Positions 32,401 to 40,787 of a stretch of DNA of 64,000 bases are shown piece after piece (positions within the stretch are counted from its first letter, which is position 1; every line of letters starts with the position of its first letter). The stretch is from a virus (lineage: Duplodnaviria; Caudoviricetes): the IMG/VR virus record IMGVR_UViG_3300009424_000011, positions 32,805 to 96,804 of that record. The stretch is one strand, 5' to 3'. Position numbers and translations under genes: made by a program. The notes under the pieces were generated by a model, which saw only the letters and a list, made by a program, of their open reading frames with translations, was not told the origin of the DNA and searched no databases.

Positions 32401-33026
32401 CCGAAGTTCTCCAACTCCAGTCGTTCGAACACGACATAAGCCAACCCACGGTGAGCCGAAACGTTGCCCACGCCCTTGTCTGCTTCGATGAGAGAATCGG
32501 GAAGTTGGTTTTCGTCGCCACGGTAGAGACGAAGGTTGATCCGCTTCTTCTTTTTCTTTGCGTTGAGGATTTCCACGAACAAGGTCTGGAAGACACTACC
32601 GCCGCTCGGTGCCGGCGTTCTGGTCGTCCCTCCGGTTTTGTCGTAGATGATCTTGCTGTCAGCCCAGATACGCAAAATCTCTCCCACTTCCCCTTTACAC
32701 AAGCCCATGGCGAAAGTGGCATCGTAGGAATAGGTTGTCTGCTTCGGTCCGCCCTTACCGGGGCGCGAAGACTTCTTGGTTTCGCGGATGCCGCTGGTCC
32801 AGATGAGGTTTCCACCCACCCGGACGGTCCCGTAGATTTCAGGTATCGCGACCCCATATGTTGAGGCTGTGACCTTGAGGTCGTTGAGGCGCGGGCCATG
32901 GACCGTCGGACCAAACAAAGTGGCACCGATCATGCCGCCAAGCATCATCCCGACCTGAGCCCCGAAGGGCCCGCCGATTGCAAAGCCGATGACGCCGCCA
33001 GCAATGGTGGTCGCGAGTTGTCCCAT
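29427..33026 (-). CDS. tail tip / host-specificity protein (GTA-like, J-like), paralog 1
   Basis: Same motifs as 25409-28957; canonical position after the NlpC/P60 gene. Confidence 0.85.
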   Translation of the reverse strand: MGQLATTIAGGVIGFAIGGPFGAQVGMMLGGMIGATLFGPTVHGPRLNDLKVTASTYGVAIPEIYGTVRVGGNLIWTSGIRETKKSSRPGKGGPKQTTYSYDATFAMGLCKGEVGEILRIWADSKIIYDKTGGTTRTPAPSGGSVFQTLFVEILNAKKKKKRINLRLYRGDENQLPDSLIEADKGVGNVSAHRGLAYVVFERLELENFGNRIPQMTFEVTKARTRGLSALPVRDRSGVVEDTANRDWLPDFASGRLLSFDRSGGGTKLYNTADNTLIAEDESMDFDLSDKSYSLVDGQNGLLVANFPSGVGFSYYNTAILTKIKEYNSSTGTSNIWDPEEQDITLATNGKIGHGRFVSGTSGGLHVVHTDTTGKTFLMDSEGRLLNEVDAPFQPDVFLEGRRDAPNSQIIGWRFANDRLEMFEVKIGSSANYTTISDGATTTWVPQEDFELKTINLKPYPDEKFQPLVLVYDPTDDHFFCLGVDPDKYNDMGSFGNGGGVIVFKYSMATETYKFLVRHAGTPVPRGLTQNMRASRVAGGTFGWVGKPVVGAPTVNQVSLQTGGLENLFEAQDDFGSGLTGDGDQYWDDETDSIFADRIVGGETNSYRLRVSDSVSQVTVPAIVEDICLRTGVLAPEDIDITELDASPLVGYSLDRMTTARDALKQMATAFLFDGYESDYKLKFRSRGGDSVVNIPEDWMVREGEDGVIKETITQELEMPVRISVNYYDIARDHQQNSQTAKRKVAPYPTMWTAKEDLIDLPITWDADSAKQCADKLLKMAWANRIGHQFSLPWRYLKYDPTDVVTITMENQTTYNLRLTEANIGSSFSIEAMAVSEVATAYVSTATGAQSPAPIQTVEGDGTAFPIIMNTPLLRDVDYDTTGSSICYFSAGTNEVTFNGAAVYIDDGSDYQSVGVIDSQTTTGYVVEALPDTNSYEATDDTTVLRVRLSDPSMELESVTQDDILNFEANSALIGNEIIQFRDATLLPTGEWALTGILRARRGTNYAVLGHQPGENFLLVNSLSTGKFSRPPESYVTTRLFKAAPVSVPLSDVVPISVDLIPRDLMPYTPEAVKVTDDATDVVISAERRSRVTAPLRDGLGTIHYKEGDMLSARIVTKVWFGKGLSDVNTVGDPDLTLTNYLFDAAGQDIPVEATFPVASLGAEDMILIQLAEIGEVTGTPKWVQAIRNGPAGWDLLELY

Positions 33027-33442
33027 TAGATGTATTCAAGTCCTTTGAATGCACGGACCTCAACCAGCTTGTTCGGCCAGTCGTGGATGAAGACTTCTTC
33101 CATGACGATCCCGGTTCCAGCATAAGCGTGGATCAGCGAAGTTTGACCGTGCATGGTTGCGAAGATACCAACGTGACACGGCTGGGTTCCATCTCGGAAG
33201 ATACCGAGAGTTCCGGGCGCTGTGCTTTCGGCTGGTAATGAATTGTTTCGGATATGCTCGACGAAGATCGGATCAGGTGTTCTCCGGTATCCCTGCATGT
33301 CCGGTGCTGGGATTCCCAGATCAGCCAGACTGCAAAGGACCAGACCGACACAATCTACTCCCAATCGATTTCGTCCCTGATGTCGCCATTTTACCCCCAT
33401 GTAGGAACGGGCTGCTGCGATAAAATCGTCACTGTTTGGCAT
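33026..33442 (-). CDS. NlpC/P60 tail-associated peptidase
   Basis: WRHQGR...GVDCVGLV...HVGI...IHAY. Confidence 0.9.
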   Translation of the reverse strand: MPNSDDFIAAARSYMGVKWRHQGRNRLGVDCVGLVLCSLADLGIPAPDMQGYRRTPDPIFVEHIRNNSLPAESTAPGTLGIFRDGTQPCHVGIFATMHGQTSLIHAYAGTGIVMEEVFIHDWPNKLVEVRAFKGLEYI

Positions 33443-34283
33443 CGGGATACTTCATGAGTTCGTCGTTGCCGGGGACGTAATCCTCGGCGCGGCGGTTGAT
33501 GACATTGTTGTAGAGCTTGCACCGCTCAAGCGATCCGTCGCAACCGGGAGCAACCACGATCGCTGTCCCGGTCGTGATTTCGTAAGCCACGCTTTCGAAC
33601 AGTTCGACGGTGCGGGTGTCAGTGTTGTATCCTGTGATCTCAACTGTTCGTCCGGCATTCGGTCCATCGACGAAACGAACAGTGCCCGGCGCTAGTCCTT
33701 GCGAAGGCGGCACAAAATTGACCGGGAGAACGAAGGAGTCCCGCTGAAAGGCAACCAAGACGGTCGTCGGGATTTCGTAATCTTCGATGTTGAGCTTGCA
33801 TCTGAAATCGCAGAAGTCGGCCCGGCATTCGGCCGCATAGACTTCGATGAAGTTGTGCGACAGAGCCTGTGCCAGACCACGAATTTCGGTAGTGAACATC
33901 CCGGTATCGGTGATCGTCACTTCGCCAAACCATCCCCGACGGACCTTGAGTGGGCCATATTCCGGGTGTTGCCAGTTGACGATGAAGACGTAGACATCAG
34001 CCCGGTTGAAGAGACCGTTGCGCATGTCCTCTTCGCTAATCTTCTCGGAATCGAGAATACCGGCAACGTCCATGTTATCGACGCTCATGTCCGAACCGTT
34101 TGCTACCGCCGTTCGGTCGTAGCTCGATTCCGCTTCGTAGGTGTTACCCTCGAACACGATGTCTTGGTCATGGTCAGTGAAGTAGAACTCACGGCCGTCG
34201 CGTCGAACCACGCGCCAGCATGATGCCAAGGTGGTGACCTCGCCATCCAGATGGTTTGAAAGTTCAATGCTGATGGATTTCAT
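33429..34283 (-). CDS. baseplate hub protein (DUF2163 / BR0599-like)
   Basis: TTLASCWRV.RRDG...FTDHD, C.ADFCD..C and PGCDG...C...NNV.N. Confidence 0.9.
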   Translation of the reverse strand: MKSISIELSNHLDGEVTTLASCWRVVRRDGREFYFTDHDQDIVFEGNTYEAESSYDRTAVANGSDMSVDNMDVAGILDSEKISEEDMRNGLFNRADVYVFIVNWQHPEYGPLKVRRGWFGEVTITDTGMFTTEIRGLAQALSHNFIEVYAAECRADFCDFRCKLNIEDYEIPTTVLVAFQRDSFVLPVNFVPPSQGLAPGTVRFVDGPNAGRTVEITGYNTDTRTVELFESVAYEITTGTAIVVAPGCDGSLERCKLYNNVINRRAEDYVPGNDELMKYPDAKQ

Positions 34284-34286
34284 GGC

Positions 34287-34889
34287 TTATCGCGGACGCA
34301 GTTCGATGAGGGGGATGGAAGGCCACGACATCAATTCCCAGTCGTCGTGGGTGATGTTGATTTCGTCGGTGTCGAAACGAACCGGGACATCGAACTCACA
34401 GGCAACTTCGAATGTCTGACCAGCGTAAGTGGTCGTGTTGACGAGACCGGTTCCAGTGTTAACCAGCAGCGGTGAGAGTTCGACGCCATTTGCCCACACC
34501 TGCACCGTCCCCGGAACGATCTTCATGATCGGGCGATCGTAAAAATAACTGGTTAGTGGCTCGTAACGCTTGAAAACTTGGAGCGTGTTTGTGCCGCCGG
34601 CTACCCCGATCGCCTGACGATCAAGAACGAAATCCATCCAGTCTTTGAACCGGAAGCCATAAGCCTTACCCCGGCGCGCATAGAAGAAGTCAAGCACTTC
34701 CTCCATCTGCTCGCGGGTCTTGACGCCGTAAGAGGCGTCATACTTGGCGCGGGCCAAGGACCAGTTGATGTTCCGTTGTTCGTGTCCGGATGCCAGATCG
34801 ATGACGCTGGTATTGAATCCCGGTCCGCCGGACGAGCCGTAGCTGATGTCCTCCGGGAATCGGACATCGTGAAAGTTTGCAATTTCCAT
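34287..34889 (-). CDS. distal tail protein (DUF2460, GTA-like)
   Basis: FHDVRFP..ISYGSSGGP.F.T...SGHEQRN..W; FF.AR.G...GFRFKDW.D; FDVPVRFDTD. Confidence 0.9.
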   Translation of the reverse strand: MEIANFHDVRFPEDISYGSSGGPGFNTSVIDLASGHEQRNINWSLARAKYDASYGVKTREQMEEVLDFFYARRGKAYGFRFKDWMDFVLDRQAIGVAGGTNTLQVFKRYEPLTSYFYDRPIMKIVPGTVQVWANGVELSPLLVNTGTGLVNTTTYAGQTFEVACEFDVPVRFDTDEINITHDDWELMSWPSIPLIELRPR

Positions 34890-34901
34890 AGAGGGTCCTT
34901 C

Positions 34902-34940
34902 TGACAGTCACCGTCTATTCAAAATAGCGGTGACTGTCAA
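34902..34940 (-). promoter_or_regulatory. promoter with CACCGCTATT box embedded in a 12-bp inverted repeat
   Basis: TTGACA-GT-CACCGCTATT-TTGAA-TAGACG; arms TGACAGTCACCG / CGGTGACTGTCA. Confidence 0.6.
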
Positions 34941-34947
34941 GGGAAAA

Positions 34948-37900
34948 TTAGCCGTGGTTGCGGCGGTAGGCGCGGCCGGCTTGCATGTGCATCTTGGTCG
35001 CGATCTGAGTTTCGCTCTTACGGAACGAGTTCGCATCTGGGCTGTTGATCATGAAGTTGTTGTTGATCGTCTGCCCACGGCTTCCCCCGTTCATCTCAAC
35101 AGCAACCTTGCGGCCACGGCTGAGAGGGATCACCGCTTCATTGTCGTGCAGAATAGCCGGGTGACCGCCGCTGGTGTTCGGCGTGCCTTCCGCATAATGC
35201 GGGGCGTTGGTGAATGCCGACGGGTGGACCGAAGCCCGCGCCACCGGCGATCCCGGAAAACCACCTTCCTTGAAGATGCCCGGATTTGCTGCGATCGTCT
35301 GAGCCGCGCTACCTGCCAGAGAAGCAAGAGGACCCGCGCCGCCGCCAAGTGCCGACATGCCGATGTTGAGCAGACTTCCAAGGATGCCACCAGCGCCACC
35401 ACCAGCACCTCCGCCCATCAAGCTCCCGGCGATCTGGCCGAGGATACCACCAATGCCCTTGACTTCGTTACCCCACTGGTCACGGATGATCTGTCCGACC
35501 TGATTGGTTCCGCTGATCAAGCTGTTCACAGCGTTGCCAACAGCTTCCTCAGGGGTGCCACCAGTTTCCATGATGACTTCACCGGTTTTTCTGATCAAGT
35601 TACCGGTGCCACCATCGATGATGACGTGCATCGGGCGTCTTGCAGTTCCGAGTGGGTCGGTAGTGCCAGCTTCGTGTTCAAAGCCCATCGCCTTGAAGAG
35701 GCCGCCCAGAAGGCTCGGGGTTCCGCCCTCCAATTGATCCCCGCCGAACAGCTTGCCCAGCCCTTCCTTGAGGATGTTCTGGGAAGCGAAACGAATCAGG
35801 CCCTGTTGGAGCGTGTCAAAGATAGCTTGGAAGCTGAACTTCCCAGTCGTGCCGAGGCTGAACAACTGATCTTCCAACGACTGGAGGACGTTCTTGTCCA
35901 ACTCGTTGATCGACTCACCAACGCTCTTGATGTCGTTGATGTAGCTGCGAACCCCGTTGTTCTCGAAGAACTCCTTGTTCCGCTGCATCTGGTTAGCGAG
36001 TGCCTGCTGCGCACGAACTTCCTCAAGGAGGTTGTTGATAACCTCCTGAGAAACCGGGCCGCTCTTAGCGCGCATCCGGTTAACTTCTTCCATTACCGTC
36101 GTGTAGGCTTCCGCCTCCTGCGAAGACATCTGGAGGAGCTTGATTTCGTTGTTGCGCTGCTGGAGCAGTCGTTCACCGAACTGCATATCCAACTCAGCTT
36201 CGGCGCGTGCGTTTGCATTCGCCGCGACGCGATCACGATTTGCTTTCGCAACTTCGGCCGGGTTGGTGTTGGAAGTAGCGAAAAACTGGCTTGCGGTTGC
36301 CGAACGCTGGTTTGGATCAGCCATGATGGCTTCCAGCTTATCCATCGCTTCCGCTGCTGAAAGCGCACCTGAACGAACGTCGCTGAGGAACTTAACAAAG
36401 CCCTCATTGGCAGGCATGACAAAGCGAGCCAGACCTTCAATAGTTTGAAGGTTAGCACCCAATTCAGCCACAGCGGGGATGCTATCCCCAACCATGGAAA
36501 TACCACGCGACAGCGAACGGAAGGACTTATCCAATTCCTTGATAGCCGCGTCGGTGTAAGCTTCTTCCAACGCCGCCTGCTGTTCTTTGAGCAGGTTTAC
36601 GATTTGGTCGCTGGTCTTACCATACTTGTCTTCGATCAGCTTCAAAGCACCGGCCGAGGTGGTTCCACTGGCCTTCATCACCGAAATCAGTGACTCGACC
36701 GAAACCACACCGTCCTTGTTCTGCGCCTTGACGTTGGCAACGAACTGTTCGTAACCCTTATCGTTGAGCAGGACTCTAGCCTGATCACCGAGAGTTTCAA
36801 CAAAGTCCTGATAGAGCTTCCCGATCGGGTCGTTCTCCATCAAGGTTCCCATGATCTGGTCTACCGAGTTAGCCAGACGCTCAGCTTCGCGGGCTGCCTT
36901 GTTGACGCCCGAAGAACCACCACCGCTACCAGCTTCGGTCGGCGTGGACGCACGCGGCGGCTTACCACCGAACCCTTGGGCTCGGAGTCTGTCCATACCG
37001 GTGTCGAGAGATTCCGATTCTACCTCTTTTTGCAGCGCAGCCAGTTCGTCCCGCTGTGCTTTGAGTCGGTCAATCCCTTCGTTGACATCCTTTTCACGCG
37101 CACGGTCACCGATGTTGCGGAGACCCTGCATACCTTGGTAAAGCTTGGCTCCAGCACCGGTGAAATAGTTACCCTTCGCGAACTGTTGATCAGCCAACTG
37201 ACCAAGCTCCCGGACGGAGTTGGTTTGCAGGCTGGACAGCTTCTTGGTGATGTCGGCTTGCGCCAACTTCAACATCTCGACGCGGGTTTGACGCGCCTGT
37301 AATGCCATCGAGAACAACCCGTTGGTTGCTTCATCGGCCTTCTGGCGGAATCGCTCCATGAACCCGCGTGCAGTGTCCATCGAGATACCATAGAGGTTGG
37401 TCGCACCCGTCGCGGTGTCGGTTGCCGTGCTGCCGAATGCTAAAGAAGTGCGTGTTTCATCGATCAACTTTCTGTTCTTGTCGATCGTGACGTTCGCCTC
37501 TTCGAGCGTTCTTTTGTGCGAGTCCCAAGCATCCACCACCCGGTAGATGCTGTAACCAACAGCCGCCAGTGTAAGCAGGAGCGGACCACCAAGCAAGGCA
37601 ACCAGCCCACGCAGGCCGGCGACAGCCCCGGCGATACCGGTGGTCGCCAATGCCAGCATAGCCGCACGCAGACCGGCGACGCTCACAGTAGCACCGCGCA
37701 TAGCTACGATCGTAGCAGCCAGAGATGCACGGAACTGGAGCATCGACACAGCAGCGGCTCTAGCGCTGCCTGTCAGGCCCGCCATGGCACCGACAGCAGC
37801 ACGGGCGCTTGTTGCGAAGGTCACACCCAGAAGGGCCCCAGCGGTCCGTAAACCACCTAATGCCGGTCCGATAGCCATCAGCGGCTGAACGATAAAGCGG

Positions 37901-39720
37901 CCAATCTGGAGGGCGCTGGATACAATCATCCACTTACCGAGGAGTTCCAGGGTTGCCGAAAGCGGGCCCTTGATCGAATCCCAGTTCTGATACAACCAAT
38001 CGAAGGCCGCCGACAGACTATCGACCGCGTTTTTCAGGCCCTCACCGATCGCTACTGCATAGCGTTCGATGTCTTCGGGCTTCATCCGCTCGTTGATCTT
38101 CGCGAGCAGGTTTGCGAACGCGTCGTTACCGCCGTTCTCGCCGATGGCGATGAACAACTGATCGATGTTGTTACGCAGGATATTCATCTGTGCGGCCGGG
38201 CGCATCAAAGCAGCAGCCACAGAAGGACCGAAGTCTTCCTTCATCCGCTGTGCAATATGGGCAAGCACACCAGCGGCATCCAGCGCCTTGGTCTTCAAAC
38301 CCTTTTCCAGAGACAGTCCGAGGCTGTTGGCATACTCGGTAGCATAAGCCATCGCACCCGGCAGCTTTTCGTTAAGCTGCTGGTTGAGTTCTTCGGCCGA
38401 CAGATAGCCCTTGTTCATGACCTGTTGCAGAGCCAACCACACATCGCCCTGCCCAGCAGTGGTCGTGCCCAGAACCGTCATGGCGGTGGACAGACCTTCG
38501 AAGATGTGACGCGTCTGCATGACGGTCATGTTGGATTTATCAGCCGCGATGCTGACCTTGGCGAAGCCGGTGGCCGCCGCAAGCATGTCCGTTCCGAAAG
38601 CATTGGCTGTGTTTCGGACATAGGTCATCTGAGCGTCGGCGAATTGAAGGTCCTTGTTCAGGACGCCCATCTGTGCCTTGAATTGGATAGCTGCGTTGGT
38701 CGCTTCAAAGAAGTTGCGACCAAGCTCAGCAATGGTCAGCGATCCCAGAAGCGAACGCAAAACAGAGCCCACTTGGAACGTGCCAGAGAAAGCGTTCTGG
38801 AGACCCATCATCTGGATCGAAGCGCCGCGTGCCTGTCCTCCCAAGTTACCGAGGCTGTTACCGAGGCTGCCTACATTGCCGCGAAGACCTCGCATCGCGT
38901 CACTTGCCCGACCGACCGCCCCTGCGATCCGAGCCAGTGCGGCTGCGACCGCATCCGCGTTCTGGGGAACACGCATGTTGGCAACAGCCGTTACGAACGA
39001 CTGGAGGTTACGAATCTGTGCTGCTGTTGGGGCCCGGAAGTTTCCGATCGCGGCCAGCGCAGCATAAAAGTTCCCCGAACCTTGAAGGTTGGAGAAGTTT
39101 AAGGAGCGCATTGCAAGGGCAAAATTACCAAGGTTGGTAACCTGACCAGCGGTAGGGACTCGGAGATTTTGGAATGCAGCGCCGAGCAGCGCCAGTTCAT
39201 TAGCGACCCGCGCTGTGCCAGACACGCTCTTGAGGCTATTGAAAGCCGGCGCGGCGGTCCGCATTGCATTGGCGAACGCCGTGAGATTTTTGGAAGCCCC
39301 AGCCGGTGGTGCCTTGAAGCCCGCCAGCGCGGTCTTCAAGTCGTTCAGCATCTTGATCGAACGGTATGCGTTAGTCAGGTCTGGGAGCGAGTTACCCAGA
39401 ACATTGAAGAAGCGCTTGGTGTTTGCTGTCTGGGCGCTGGAGGGGGCCTTAAAGCCCTGCATGGCAGCCGACAGCGCCGACAGCTTGCGGGCTGCCGACG
39501 TGTCGATGTCTACCTTCGCAAAGGCGCTGACGGCCTTCTTGAATGCGTTGAGTGCTTGTGGGTTAGCCGAAGCCTTAGCAACCCCCTTCATCGTCTTATC
39601 GACGTGGGCTTCGAACTTGGTCAGGGAAGCGAAGATGCCATCGACAGCCGACTTGTAGTCGCGAAAACCCTTCGCGACTCCAGTCGTGTCAACGACAAAC
39701 TTCATGCCATGGGTATCCAT
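34948..39720 (-). CDS. tape measure protein
   Basis: 1590 aa, Ala-rich and helical, with a tape-measure domain (ALQQVMNKG.LSAEELNQQL.E.LPGA); follows the tail chaperones. Confidence 0.92.
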   Translation of the reverse strand: MDTHGMKFVVDTTGVAKGFRDYKSAVDGIFASLTKFEAHVDKTMKGVAKASANPQALNAFKKAVSAFAKVDIDTSAARKLSALSAAMQGFKAPSSAQTANTKRFFNVLGNSLPDLTNAYRSIKMLNDLKTALAGFKAPPAGASKNLTAFANAMRTAAPAFNSLKSVSGTARVANELALLGAAFQNLRVPTAGQVTNLGNFALAMRSLNFSNLQGSGNFYAALAAIGNFRAPTAAQIRNLQSFVTAVANMRVPQNADAVAAALARIAGAVGRASDAMRGLRGNVGSLGNSLGNLGGQARGASIQMMGLQNAFSGTFQVGSVLRSLLGSLTIAELGRNFFEATNAAIQFKAQMGVLNKDLQFADAQMTYVRNTANAFGTDMLAAATGFAKVSIAADKSNMTVMQTRHIFEGLSTAMTVLGTTTAGQGDVWLALQQVMNKGYLSAEELNQQLNEKLPGAMAYATEYANSLGLSLEKGLKTKALDAAGVLAHIAQRMKEDFGPSVAAALMRPAAQMNILRNNIDQLFIAIGENGGNDAFANLLAKINERMKPEDIERYAVAIGEGLKNAVDSLSAAFDWLYQNWDSIKGPLSATLELLGKWMIVSSALQIGRFIVQPLMAIGPALGGLRTAGALLGVTFATSARAAVGAMAGLTGSARAAAVSMLQFRASLAATIVAMRGATVSVAGLRAAMLALATTGIAGAVAGLRGLVALLGGPLLLTLAAVGYSIYRVVDAWDSHKRTLEEANVTIDKNRKLIDETRTSLAFGSTATDTATGATNLYGISMDTARGFMERFRQKADEATNGLFSMALQARQTRVEMLKLAQADITKKLSSLQTNSVRELGQLADQQFAKGNYFTGAGAKLYQGMQGLRNIGDRAREKDVNEGIDRLKAQRDELAALQKEVESESLDTGMDRLRAQGFGGKPPRASTPTEAGSGGGSSGVNKAAREAERLANSVDQIMGTLMENDPIGKLYQDFVETLGDQARVLLNDKGYEQFVANVKAQNKDGVVSVESLISVMKASGTTSAGALKLIEDKYGKTSDQIVNLLKEQQAALEEAYTDAAIKELDKSFRSLSRGISMVGDSIPAVAELGANLQTIEGLARFVMPANEGFVKFLSDVRSGALSAAEAMDKLEAIMADPNQRSATASQFFATSNTNPAEVAKANRDRVAANANARAEAELDMQFGERLLQQRNNEIKLLQMSSQEAEAYTTVMEEVNRMRAKSGPVSQEVINNLLEEVRAQQALANQMQRNKEFFENNGVRSYINDIKSVGESINELDKNVLQSLEDQLFSLGTTGKFSFQAIFDTLQQGLIRFASQNILKEGLGKLFGGDQLEGGTPSLLGGLFKAMGFEHEAGTTDPLGTARRPMHVIIDGGTGNLIRKTGEVIMETGGTPEEAVGNAVNSLISGTNQVGQIIRDQWGNEVKGIGGILGQIAGSLMGGGAGGGAGGILGSLLNIGMSALGGGAGPLASLAGSAAQTIAANPGIFKEGGFPGSPVARASVHPSAFTNAPHYAEGTPNTSGGHPAILHDNEAVIPLSRGRKVAVEMNGGSRGQTINNNFMINSPDANSFRKSETQIATKMHMQAGRAYRRNHG

Positions 39721-39723
39721 TGG

Positions 39724-40161
39724 CTACGCTACCTGTTTTCGAGGGGGTGCTTTTCGTCCACCGCCGCGAGGGGGCGAGTGGGATGGTGGTGGGGGTGTGC
39801 CTTTCGAAGAATTGTTCTTCTTTTCTTCACGCTCGACGTAAGCCTTGATCCATTCATGATCGAGGATTTCGAGGAGACGCAGCAAGCGCTCACGTTCACC
39901 GAGGGAGTAAATGCCTTTGAGCCGGCAGTAGGCTTCGATCTCGGTGTAGGAGAATGGTAGAAAACCTCCCATCCCTGCAACCGGTCGCCGGCTGTTGAGA
40001 TCGGTGAAGGCTTTCCAAATCCAATAGAGATGTGGAGAGAGAACGGGTTCGTCCTCAAGGGTTTTGATCTTGATGCCTTTCTCAGCCTCAATCTGGCGCA
40101 GCCAGTCCGACTTTTTAGCAGTCGGACGCTGCGTCCAGTTGAGGTAGGCTATCAGTTTCCC
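39724..40161 (-). CDS. tail assembly chaperone, -1 frameshift extension (gpT-like)
   Basis: The -1 frame is open from the GGGAAAC slippery site: KLIAYLNWTQR...WKAFTDLNSRR...PFSYTEIEAYC... Confidence 0.8.
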   Translation of the reverse strand, partial: GKLIAYLNWTQRPTAKKSDWLRQIEAEKGIKIKTLEDEPVLSPHLYWIWKAFTDLNSRRPVAGMGGFLPFSYTEIEAYCRLKGIYSLGERERLLRLLEILDHEWIKAYVEREEKKNNSSKGTPPPPSHSPPRGGGRKAPPRKQVA

Positions 40162-40553
40162 TCGTCTGCTTCGGCCTTCTTGGCTTCGAACGAGGCGTCG
40201 TTCGATGCCATACGGATGATCAGAGCGAAGAAGCCCGCCAGCTTCTCATCGGAGAAGAGAGCCGTAGCAGCTTCCGGGCTGAACTTGATTTCCTTGCCTT
40301 CGCGATCCTTGATGCCCTTCCAGCCCTTGACGATGTTCTCAGCGTAGAACCGAACGTTCAGCGCCTTGTTCTCTTCGTCGGTGAGCTTGCCGCCGGCGTT
40401 CAGGCGGACACTGTAGGGTTCCATCATGCGCTCGAAGGCCCGGCGCGATTTGTCGCCAGCGATCGGCATCAGTGTGATCGACGCCGTGTCCGAGAGCGGG
40501 AACTCCTTGGCGGTGTCGTCGAGGTTGCTTTCAAATGCTTCGTAGAGGTTCAT
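40152..40553 (-). CDS. tail assembly chaperone (gpG-like)
   Basis: MNLYEAFESN...IVKGWKGIKD...ADEGN; ends in G GGA AAC TGA; lies between tail tube and tape measure. Confidence 0.85.
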   Translation of the reverse strand: MNLYEAFESNLDDTAKEFPLSDTASITLMPIAGDKSRRAFERMMEPYSVRLNAGGKLTDEENKALNVRFYAENIVKGWKGIKDREGKEIKFSPEAATALFSDEKLAGFFALIIRMASNDASFEAKKAEADEGN

Positions 40554-40787
40554 CGGGGTAATCCTTGTCGGTTGTCGGGAGGGTGGGATGCAGCCTCCCG
40601 ACAAGGCTGCACCCCGTTTCGCCAGCGAAATCGGTGTCGGGGAACTGGATACTCCACCCGTCGTCCGCACAGAGCCTAGACTGTATGCGGGGACTATTAC
40701 CGGCTAACCGGGGTGGCGGAGGACAAGGACCGAAGTCCTTACCTCAAATCGCGCCGGTGGGTCGGGGGAACCCACCGGGGCTCACGA

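Noticed and set aside
25409-33026. Diversity-generating retroelement or invertase-driven tail switching
   Set aside because: No reverse transcriptase, adenine-specific template/variable repeat pair, recombinase or inverted repeats. The paralogues are direct and diverged throughout.
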